This document shows, in pieces, positions 34,301 to 46,300 of a stretch of 64,000 bases of DNA. Origin of the DNA: Lytechinus pictus. Taxonomy: Eukaryota. The notes beneath the pieces were generated by a model. That model saw only the letters and a list, made by a program, of their open reading frames with translations, was not told where the DNA came from and searched no databases. Positions within the stretch are counted from its first letter, which is position 1. Every line of letters starts with the position of its first letter. The stretch lies in NCBI RefSeq assembly GCF_037042905.1, contig NC_087245.1, forward strand, positions 24,306,001 through 24,370,000, read 5' to 3'. The position numbers and the translations under genes were made by a program.

Positions 34301-37300
34301 TATTCTAAATTTCTTATCACTTGAGACCGAATCAACCTTGTCGACATCTGCCAAGCTGTTCTTGATGGTAGCGCCTCCATTCCGTAAATAGCCCCCTTTC
34401 GCAATCCTCACGGACGCTAATATTAGGGTCCCCTAACACAAAAGTTAACGCTTAATCATACACTTGATTTTTAAGATTGATTGTACATTATAGTCAATAG
34501 AATCAAACGTAAAAAACTGCTCTACAATCAATGCTAAGCTTTGTGTAACAGGGGGTTACAGGCCCTACAGATCTGATTTTCATGTGCAAAATTCTTTCCC
34601 GCGACACCCGCACCATAAATGCATGTACATTACGACTGATGACTGGAGATATTCGAAATGCAGGACCTACAATAGATTATGACATGTATAAGAAAGTGTT
34701 TTTTCAAACAAATCGGGTACATATTGAGTGAGGAAAAAGTTACTGAATTAAGGCTTAGATATAGATCATTACAGTCCATCGAATCGATATTGCATTTAAT
34801 GTGGATTATTGGTGGATCTCTGGCAATTGATTCCATGGGTCAAATCACCTCTCCAGCCGAAACCATTTCGCATGCGTTGATTATGTACACAGCATGTATA
34901 CGTCTGAACAGGGACGTGAGAGGCCGTCCTTGGTCTGAACACGTACCAGCCGAATTTGCGGGTTTTTTTCTTTTGTTTACTCCTACACAAACAATCTGCC
35001 TCTAGCACACAATGTAATGGGCATTATGTTTTACTTTCGCCAGAAATGGGGGATTAGATTCGAATTCCCGGGGGGACCACTTCCATTGATGAGTGGATAC
35101 CAGGCACGGTTTCGAAAAGCACCCTAAACAAGGGAAGCAAGGCTTTTCCAGATTATGAAAATGCATCTCTTAACAAGTATTTAGCTTGTGAAACCCTACA
35201 AGTATTGAAAACATATCCTCCTTTTCAGTATTTTAAACATCGTTTTTGACACCCTTATAACGTTACATAGGCCTATACGTAACGTACTTGCCCACTCTTT
35301 CCCTTTTTACGCGTGGTCGCGCCTGGTATCCACTCTTCAATGGAAGTGGGGCCCCCGGGCGGCCTCTCGAGCTCTGGGAGGAACCAAATGTGGCTTTGGA
35401 AAGTCGTCCTAAATCGGATATATCACTGTTACCATTATGATAGTAGCAACCATAATTTTGCACCCGAAACGCAGATTGAATGTTTCCGTTCCAGATGCGA
35501 AACGAAAAAAAAATTTCATGTCACACAATTTGCATTGCAGGACAGAGTTTTACGACCATGACGACGGGCCCAAATGTCTCTTCCAAAATCAACTACCGTC
35601 GCAAATAAGCGTTCGCGTTCTCCAACGAAAGGTCGGGACTGTCTCACCTTTACAACTATGAATTGTCTTAATTTTTGCTCATTGTTTTTGCCAACTTTAT
35701 GTCTTGGTGACAGAAATGCATACTTACAGCCGTTGTAAGGAGCCACCTAAATCGGTAAACGTCCCTGGGCGAAGCTCGGCTAGGCTGTTGTCCTCGAAAT
35801 TACTAACGTAAAACAAAACAAAACAAAACAAATATCGTAATATGTTCGACCGTTGCTTTTGAGGAGGCCTTATTAAGATTAAACGTGAGTCGAGTTCACG
35901 TCAATTTAAAATCAAGCATTTTGACATGAACAATGTCCCATTGGCAGATTACCCCCCCCCCCCCCCCCGAAAAAAAGGGTAAATTGACATATTCGGTGAC
36001 CATTTCTATAGTTATCAATAACTTTAGGAATTTATAGTCCCGGCTTATAGTAAGGCCTATGAGAATGATCAATAATCAATATACAAATGGGATATTATCA
36101 TTTTTGTCATCAAACTTGTTGCCTTGATTAATGTTTTATGCAATACCCTTTATAAGAATACTACAGTCTGCTCAGACAAACACATTTATAAAGAAACCTT
36201 AATAAAACAGGTAATTTTTCTGCGTACTCCCCTTCGTTCGTGCCTATATTTCGACCAATTAGGTGTCTCTGCAAAAAAAAATGAAATGGTATACGCAGCG
36301 TTTCTCGACATGGAATGTTGTGATTGCCGTAGTCTTTGTACAAGGACGACCCTGTTGTAGTATAATTATAGGTTATATGTTAAGTAGATCATTCTTACAT
36401 GAAGAAAAGGTTGTGCAGGTCCCGAAAACAACCCTCGTCAAGACGGTGGATCTTGTTTTCATCTAAAAATCTGTCGATCAAAATGATGAGACATAAAAAA
36501 AAAGTTCTTAAGGAAAATGCAAATTTTTTTGGTTAAAGTAACACTTTGTAATTATACTTTTCGATGTTTAAATGAAAATGTATAAATAACACACAGTGGG
36601 TTCTCGAACTTCGCGGATGACCCCGAGGTCTGAATTTTCAAAACCAACAATATCCTTGGTTCGTTTTGTAAAGCGGTAGCACCCCTACATTGCGTTTTGA
36701 CGGAAGTGAGTGACGAGAAGTTGTTGGTACTATATATGACAGATATGTGCAATTAACCCAAAGAGATTGTGTAGCAGAAACGTAGTTATTATCAGTAATA
36801 AAATTGTTAATATGATAAATGCCAATTTGAAATTAAAACTTCCGGACGAACTTTCACTATAACTACAACATTATGATAAGGATATAAGGCCACATTGTGT
36901 TCAGCGATAAATAACATACTCACAATAGACGTAGGTTGTACAATCCTCGAAATGTCCCATTTTCTAAGACGGATAGGGAATTGTTTAGAGCTCGCCTGTG
37001 TATTGAAATTACAAAAATATGGGGACATCCCGATAGACCGCGGGTCCGATAGACCGCGGGTCCGTTAGACCGCGGGTCCGATAGACCGCGGGTCCGATAG
37101 TCCGCGGGTCCGATAGACCGCGGGTCCGATAGTCCGCAGTGTGTGTAAAATTATGATCAGATATATCAAATGTCATCGAGAGGTCCAAAGGTCAAATGAT
37201 ACGAGGCCATGGGGTTCTATCAGGTGCGGATCCATGGATGGCCGAGGGGGAACTGCCTCACCCCCCCCCCCCCCCACCCCCAGCTCAAAAAAAAAGAGGG

Positions 37301-40300
37301 GGGAAGAGGGGAAAAGGGAGAGAATTAAAAAAGAAAGAGGAAGATGGGAAAAGAAGAGAATAGAAAAGAGAGTAAGAAGGAGAAAGGAAGAGAAGAAAAA
37401 GGGGAAAGGAAAGACAAAGAAAAAAAGGGAGAAGAAAAGGGGAAAGAAGAGGGAAAAAAGAGGAGGGAAAAGGAAGAGAAGAAAAGAAAGGAGAAAGGAA
37501 AAGGAGGAAAAAGAAGAAAAAAAAGAGGAAGGAAGAGAAGAATATTTAAATAGAGAGGAAGATGAAAAGAAAGATAAGAAAAAGAGAGAGAGGGGAAGAG
37601 GGGAAAAGAAGAGAAGAAAGAGAGAGAGGGAGGAAGGGGAGAGAGAGAAGAAAAAAGATTAAAAGAGAAAAAAGGGAGAAGGAAAGAAAAAGAAAAAGGG
37701 AGAAGTAAAGGGGAAAAGAGAAAAAAAGTGGAAGAGGGAAAAGAAAGAAAAGAAAAGAACGGAGTAAGGTAAAGGGGAAAAAGAAGAAGAAAAAAGAGAG
37801 AGAGTAAGTGGGAAGAGAGGAAAAACGAGAAAAGAGAGAGGGAAAGAAAAGACAGCAAAAAGAGAAGAAAAGGGGGAAAGAAAAGATGGGGGGAAAGAGT
37901 AGAAAGGGAGGAAAAGAAGAGGGGGAAAGAAAGAGAGAAAGAAAGAGAAAGGAAGGAAGGGGAATGAGGATAAAAGAAAGAAAAAAAAGAAAGAAAAGGA
38001 GATGGGAAACGGAAGAGGGAGATGTTGACCTGGACGTCGATTTGATGGCGCCAAAATGACGTTCGAACTATGGGGCGCCGAATTGATGTTCGATCTAGCG
38101 GGGCACCAAATTGATGTTCGAACTAGGGGAGCGCTAATTTGAATTTTGACCATAATGCGACAAATACATGTTTCAGAGAGGAGAGGGGGGGGGGGGCAAA
38201 GTTATATTTCACATGATGGGGGCGCCAAGTTTATGTTCAACCGAGGGCGCCAAATTGACCTTGAACTTAGAGGGCTTCATGCAAATTCATTTTCGACCGG
38301 GGACGCAACATTGCCTGTTTATAGTAAAATATATGTCCTGCCAAAATACTTCAATTAATGCGGCTGAATTAAAATATCCCGTTTTTACGATAACAGAGAA
38401 AAAAAATGTTTTCGAGTTTTAAGTCTGTTTAGCGAGATAGATACCCTGTTCAGGGTCACAAAAAAGGGTTATTATCAAATTCAGCTCGCGCTACGCGCTC
38501 GCAATATTTGATTAATGAGGTATGCATCCTCTGCTTCAATCCCACATGTAAGTGTTAGTGTTTTTCAAGTCAACATACATAGGTCGATCCAGGGGGCAAA
38601 GATTTTGCCCCCCCCCCCCCCATGGTGGCGCAAAAAGGGGTAAGAAACAGAAAAAAGGAAGAGAAAAGGACAAGCAATTAGAATAGGAATTATACCTTAG
38701 TCCTTCTTAAGTCAGTATATAAATACAGCTCAATAGGCTGATATGTAGTTTAAAATATCAAGTTTTGATATCAATATACAAAACATAATTCAGCTCGGAC
38801 ATCGATCTTTCATTATTTTGTTTTATTTACCAATTTATGTTCTAAGTGCTCTGGAAAATGTCCGTTTTATGGTTTGAATCAACATTTTGTGCGCTCGCAC
38901 TATATGCCAAGTAGGCCTACGTATTGTCTTTTTATATTTCATATAAGATTCTCTAAATATACCTTTTCAGGTGTCTCGATTGTAAAAAAAAATAATAAAG
39001 GCCTATGAGCTAGCGCTGTGCGCTCGCGTTTTGATTGGTGAGTTATGTATACCTATATATTAATTTTATAACAAACTACTTAAATCCCCCCATTAAAAAA
39101 AATCCGGATCGCGATTTGTGCCTGCATTATTTGCTAAAAATATATCAACCAATGAATCCTATTCATGATTACAAAAATACCTAAAATATCCAGTTTTCAG
39201 GCCTCATGCACTGTCAACAAATTTCACACACTCATTAGGCTTAACAGATTAATAAATATGAAATAAAATTTGTATAAATTCATTTTAACTAAATTGTCCC
39301 TTTTTCAGAAATAAATTTTTAGGAAAAGAAAGAGAAGATAGTCATCATTCTTATATGATGACAAAATGTCCTTAGGCCTAAAATGTCTCGATCCTAGGTC
39401 AAATAAATAATAAAATATCAGCTCGCGCTTCGCGCTCGCATTATTTATATAGTACTATCAAATTTCCCTATATACACAGTGCTGTAAACAGTGCTTAAAT
39501 TGACCCTTTTCATATCGGAATTTCAAATATTATTTTCAGCTCGGGCTCTGCGCTCGCATTATTGATTTTTATGATGAAAAATGAAATGTATTCAGATTGC
39601 CAGGATTCTGTCTAACTCTAAAACACGCGCACGCATGTTTTTAGGATACAAAGCTTGATCTTATTCAAAACGTGCTAAAATTATCCAGTTTCGAATCAGA
39701 ATATCAAAAAAAATTTGCTCGCGCTTTGCGCTCGCATTATTATTGTAGGAAGATACCAAAAATTACCCATCCTTTTTCATGATTGACAAACATGAATCGA
39801 ATGTCCCATTGGGGGATTTGAAATCTCATCTTTTTAGGTTGGAATATCAAAAATGTTCAGCTCGCGCTTCGCGCTCGCATTATTTAATCGTTGAAATATG
39901 TATCGTCTTAATGGCTAACTGCAAAACATCCTTAACATGTCCCTTTTCGACCAGGCCAGAACGAATATTTAACATTTCTGCTCGGCTTCGCGCTCGTGGT
40001 AATTATCTAGTTACATACGCGCTGTTCAGGTTCACAAACATTGCCCAAAATGTTCAATTTTCAGGACAAAATACATGAAATTTCATTTTTAGATTACATA
40101 GGGCTTAAGACATTATTACACATTTATGTTGCTTATAAAGTAAAGCTAGGAAATGACTGTTAGGACATGGGTGTTTTGCCCCCCCCCCCAAAAAAAAAAA
40201 AAAAAGAAGAGAGAATCAAGACTAAGAAAAATAGAGAGAAAATGTAAGGGATTAGGATGAAATATAATATTATTTTCTAAATATTATGTCAAAATCTATC

Positions 40301-43300
40301 ACAACCTTGTATTTTGTAATAAAAATGTCAGCATATTTGCTTGCTCGCTTCGCTCACTGGCAACTTCTTATTAATTTTATGCGATACACCATATCGAGCC
40401 CCCTCGAAATTGTTGGCTCATTACGGCACTGGGACAACCCCTTCAAAGAAACAAAAAAAAAATCAACTTTGAGCGGCCGATCGGGGAAAATATGGGAGAA
40501 AAAATGGCCCCTCACCCTAATGGCGGAAGCTGGGTCCGCCCCTGACTTAGGCTTTCAGGATATAATACATGATAAATCTATTTTTAAAAAATCAGATCGA
40601 GCTTCGCGTTCTCATTATTTATTTAGGCCTTGTGAGATACCTCAATTTGTTTTTAAGAATGAAATATCAGATTTTCTTTGACGTCTACCCCCCCCCCATT
40701 TCATTTATTTTTTTAACTTGGTGCCCTCGCCACCCACCCCCCCCCCCCCCGTGCACCCATGCTGAATAAATACGCCACTGATGAGGAGAATTAGTCGATT
40801 GCTTCGAGATTGCATTATTCCCAAGAGGTTATCATTAATATTATTGAAGGGTATTCTAACACAACAGTACAGAAACTACAGCTCCCGTTCACAGAATATT
40901 CTAGTAGGGCCTACTCTGGCGAGAAGTTAAACCAAATTGAACCCCCCCCCCAAAAAAAAAAAAAATAAAAATAAAAATCGCTCGTGCTTTCCGCTCCCAT
41001 TGATATTACATTATATATTCATGGATTTTTTTTTCAAGAACACATGAAAAAGTGGTCTTTGGTTTTTTTTAAATGTGATTATAAGATAATTCAAAATCCA
41101 TTTAAGGCACTTTAGTTAGCCTGGCCGGGAGGGAGTGGGCGCCATTTTTCGAAAAGTACACATATGGGCGCCAAAAATCAGGTCAAATTTGCCCCCCCCC
41201 TCCCTCCCCACGAAATCCTGGATCCGCGCCTGGGTTCTATAACAATAACCCAATTAGGGCAATTACCCCCTGACAACTACTTCAAGGAAAATATTATCCC
41301 CATATTTTTACCGGCGGGGACTGATACCCCCCCCCCGGAAATTTACCCTCCAGATAATTACCCCGGATAATTACCCCTAGTATGGAGCCTTGAAAATGCC
41401 ATTAACGCGACGACATGGCGTGGTACTTTATCTTGCCATGTCTTAATTAATCATTGGCGGTGGAAGGCAAACAAATTTAGGGGGGTCCACCTGAAATTTT
41501 GGGATGGACACAGGTAAAAAAATTGACAAGCAAATCAACCAAAATTTATAGGAAGGACCACCAATTTTGAAAATTTTTTGACAAGAAAAAAAGGTTATAA
41601 ACCAAAATTAGGGGGACAAAAAGATTTTAGGGGGGGGTCCACCTCAATTTAGGGGGGGACGTAGAAAACAAATTGACAAGCAAAAAAAAAGGTTCTCAAC
41701 TAAAAGTCTAGGGGGGACCGTCCCCCCACCTCAAATTTAGGAGGAAAGGTCCCCCCCCCCCCCCCGCTTCCGCCGCCTAAGTAATTAATACGCTTATTAT
41801 TTCGACATAGCGATATATTCTATCTTGTCAAGTCGATATGTCCACATGGCGAGATATGAAGTGTACAAGTCCCGGCGAGAATCCCGATATATCGCTATGT
41901 TGACATGTAACTTATTTAAGTCGACTTGGCAAGATAAAGTATCTCGCCATGTCGTCAAGTCGATGGCTCCGTATGGCGTCTAGAGGGTAAATTTCCGGGG
42001 GGGGGGGGGTAACAGTCCCTGACGATAAAATATGGGGATAATATTTTCCTTGAAGTAGATGTCAGGGGGCGATTGTCCTTTGGGTCATCGTTATATAACC
42101 CCAATGGACTCGTATCATTGGCCTTTTGACCTCTTGATGGCATTGGATCTCACTATATCCTGACCATAATTTTACACACACCGCGGTCTATCGGACCCGC
42201 GGTCTATCGGACCCGCGGACTATCGGGCTGTAACCAAAAATATGATGTTGTGCATTTTAGAAAAAGGCTTCTTCCTTACACCGTGAAAAGGAACACACAT
42301 AAACCGTATAAAACAGCAATGATCGAATTTGTCAGATAACAATTTAATTCATCATGTTGATGAGTTGCATGTACAGTAGCATGATGTAGAATTCATGTTT
42401 TTTTATTTGATGTTGAATGTACTTTTATGTAAATTTTGTAAATTGCTCTGCAATTCGGCTTTTCAGCCGCTATAGATATCCTAATTGTTGTAGTAAACCG
42501 TTTTAAATAAATAACTAAATAAATAGATTCGAAAGAAAACTTACACCATATACAACCGTTCTAGTCCATCAAAAACACCGACGGGTAAATGTGAGATCTG
42601 GTTATCTGAAATATCGCTAGAATGGTGAAAGACAAAAAATCCAACAATAACGGGAAAAAGAAACATCCTATTAATATTTCTATTACTTGTTAATATTGTA
42701 GTGTGGACAAAGTCTGCAATAAAAAAATGTAAACAAAATATATAAGTATATTAAACATTTGGTCACTCGGAGATGATAGATACAGAACATTCATACATCA
42801 AGAGTGATTACCTGAATACTGACTTAATCAGAAGTCTCTAGCACTCTACATAACTTCGGCACTCTTTAGTACTCTGGCTAAAGCAGAGTAGCTGATACAC
42901 GCACTACGTTCACCTCACCTGGGTTGAGTGCAGCACGATGTGGGAAAATTTCATGTTACATTGATAATGTCAATTTTAGAAGATTAACAGAAACTTCAGC
43001 AGCAATTGAAATTATTCTCTCAATCAAGAAGTTAGAGATAAGCTGTTTTGCTCTTTTTTCTATTCAATATTATATTGGACACATACCCACACCACAATAT
43101 TTGTTTGTACCGCAGTAGGACCGCATAAATGAGGGAGTTTTAGCTCCGTGACGTACGGACGCACAGTGGGCCAGAATGAGTTGAAAGTGCGCCAAAATTA
43201 TATTCCGTGTTATATTTTTACTTTAACATGTTGATTAAGGGTAATTTTGGGCGTAGAATCGACTGAACATAATTTAAAGCCGATATGACGTCATTTGGAT

Positions 43301-46300
43301 ACCAAATTTTGATTGGCTTCTTAAAACCTATTTGTGAAAAGACAAATTACGCTAAACAATGTGCAGTATATAAACTTTGTGTTATGTGTTACTTTAAGAT
43401 TGACCAAAGTGAATGTTGGTTTATGCTTCTCACATGCCTATTAATTGTATGAGATCCTGAAAAAATGTTATGGCATCAAAATGATCATTAGATCTACAAA
43501 AAAATACTTAAAATCTGAAAAATATTAACCGTGCTTTATCAAGCGGTGTAGACTTGGGTAAAACGCAAAGTATATAACACCACGAATGTTTTACTATGAG
43601 GAGGGCTTTTGGCTGAAATTATTTTACAAGTAACTTTTATCTCAGAAAGAGGGGGTGGGAAGCCCTTATATGCTTTTTCAACCTTTATTTTGTTTGCATT
43701 ATGCCCGGAATTCATGTCATTTTCATGGAATTGAAGGGGAATCGTCCTCGCCGTGCAAAAATGAACGGCAATGTACACCCCACACGCTGCGCTGCAATGA
43801 CTGCGCGGTATAAAAATGACCGTTTTTTAACAGGTTTTGGGGGTGTTGTGTCCAGTAAAATCGGCTCTAACATATAAACGGGCAAAACCGGGCAGCTAAA
43901 TTTAGTATCGACTTAAACCTTAGACATCTGGCAAAGTGATGATGATAGAATTTAAACGGAAATCCACGGAAATCAAAACGTTTCTAATGTAAATGCAAAA
44001 AACATGGATTATCAGCATATTTCGAGGAATAATAATCCTAAAAACCTCCTGAAATGTGTCTTTTATCTACTTTGAACCCTTTCACATAAAAAAGAATATA
44101 TCAGGATTATGTGGGTGCCATTTCAGATTCCTACATGAAAAACCTCCTGTGAAATGGCTTGTTTTTTAACTAAGTTGTCATATAAGCGGCATTTCGCAAA
44201 ATGTCACATTTTACGTTTTGAGGTAGGAAATTAACAACCTTTATGCAAATTCCCGAATGAAATATTTTGCTGAAGTATTCTTCAAAGTGTTGTCTTTCAG
44301 CTGGGCATGACAAAATTTAAAAAATCTGAAATTGCCCAAAATTGCTTTTGGCGCACTTTTGTTTCGCCCCGGCCCACTGTGGGACGGTTCGAGAACGGAG
44401 GAAAATTATTGTCAAGTGACCTTCATGACAAAGTGCAACCAGTAAAATCTTTGTCGATGGTGGGGTGAACCATAACATCAGTTTCATCCTGGACTCGGGA
44501 CAATTTGTTTGTTCGTCAGCTCCAAACCTTAGGACAAAACTGACTGACTCTGCAATTGTCGACAAAGACCTCCCAGTTGTCCTTTATCATTTTATGGGCA
44601 TTTCCAATACATTTACTGTGTTCTCGATCCCTACGTATGTTGCGGAGCAAAAACTCACTATTGCATGACTGCGGACGCTTAAAATTGCGATTCTACTTGA
44701 CAAGATGGGGACATTATTAAGTCGACATCTGAGAAAATAAATGTATGCCAAGTACCAATGACAATATGCAAGTTTTAAAGGTCTATGTGGTAAGATTATT
44801 TATAGGACCCTGTCGACTTCCAAATTTGATAAGTCGACATGATAAGGCTATTAAGCGGACTTGATAAGATAACATGTTTTGAATTCTCTTCAGAGTTTTT
44901 TTTTAAGTGTGTTGAATAAAAATGATTAAACTTACAGTGAGTGGAGATAATCATATCCTCTGAATGCTCCCGGAGTCAAGATTACCAACGAATCACTTCT
45001 GACAAATCTGAATAAAAAAAAAAGATATCCTATTAATTCAAGATGTATTCCTTAAAATAAAAGAAACAAGTGGAAAGCCTCTGGCAGTCTCGCCTACATG
45101 TGTGATTCAATATAGCAGCAGTGCTGACTTTGAAAACAGCTATTGAATAATAATTCACAAAAGAAAATATTCATAAGATAATCAAATACTATGTCCATTG
45201 ACCCAAAATGACCTTTGACCATGATCATGTGATCTAAGGTGTGTTCAAAACATTCATTTATACTTGATTACCCTTGTATCTATGCTTCATGAACTAGATC
45301 CATAAACTTTTTAAGTTATGATGCCAATTCAACAAATACCCCCAACATGGCCAAAGTTTATTGACCCTCAATGACCTTTGACCTTGGTCATGTGACCTGA
45401 AACTCGCACAGGATGTTTAGTGATACTTGATTTCCAAGTTTTATGAATCACTCGCATTTGTTGTTGAAAACATTTGACCTGAAACTCGGGTAGGATGTTT
45501 AGTAATACTTCATCACCTCTATGTGTAAGTTTCATGAACTTGGTCCATATAATGTTTAAGTTATGACATTTTAAAAACTTAACCTTAGGTTAAGATTTCG
45601 ATATTGATTCCCCCAACATGGTCTAAGTTCCTTGACCCTAAATCACCTTTGACCTTGATTATGTGACCTGAACCAAGGCAGGATGATCAGTAATACTGAA
45701 TTACCCTTATGTCCAAGTTTCATGAACTAAGTTTCTATACTTTCTTAGCTGTGATGTCATTTCAAAAACTTAACCTTAGGTTAGGATTTGATGTTGATAT
45801 CGCCGCCGCCACCGTCGGAAAAGTATCGCATATTGTCTCGCTCTGCTATGAAGGCGAGACAAAAAGGCAAGAATGTTTGTACCGTGCGTCCCAGATAAAA
45901 AAAGGAAACAGTTATTCAGTATATTTTTGCCATCATAATCATAAATTCGCTTCATGATATGTACATTAATGAAAGAATATGTTTCCCCTCTTTATTTTAT
46001 AACGCCACCACAACGTTCATAATACATGCTTGACCGAGTTAAAACAATTGAAAGTGGTGGTACCAAATTGTCATTTGCATAAATTTTCGTGGATGTTCAT
46101 TTCTTATGAAATATTTTTAACACGTTTATTGCAATGTTTATGAATAAACTTATCCACCACAGTCGATTTATATCTAGTTCTGACACCCCTTCTTCAGATA
46201 ATCTACTGTATTATTGGATTATCTGACAATCGGCAACAGATGGGTTTACCGAACTGCATGAAAGGGGCGCGCGAAGTAAAGATTTTAAGTAAGAAAATCA

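Larger units (their letters stand above)
37021..42235. mobile_element. Foldback-type element with tandem 16-bp subterminal repeats and 8-bp TSD AAAAATAT, carrying nested insertions
   Basis: About 7 copies of CCGATAGACCGCGGGT at 37030-37137 and about 3 inverted copies at 42181-42226; inverted arms continue inward; TSD 37013-37020 and 42236-42243. Confidence 0.8.

Noticed and set aside
37030..37137. CRISPR-like or iteron-like array
   Set aside because: Head-to-tail 16-mers with no spacers, mirrored at 42181-42226 as transposon arms
37141..38153. Long K/E/R-rich and F/S/L-rich ORFs
   Set aside because: Artefacts of a polypurine tract lacking stop codons
9273..44381. V(D)J-like rearranging locus (IgV exon plus RSS-like ends)
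   Set aside because: The RSS-like ends face inward on a TSD-flanked transposon over 30 kb from the IgV exon; no heptamer seen flanking the Ig exons
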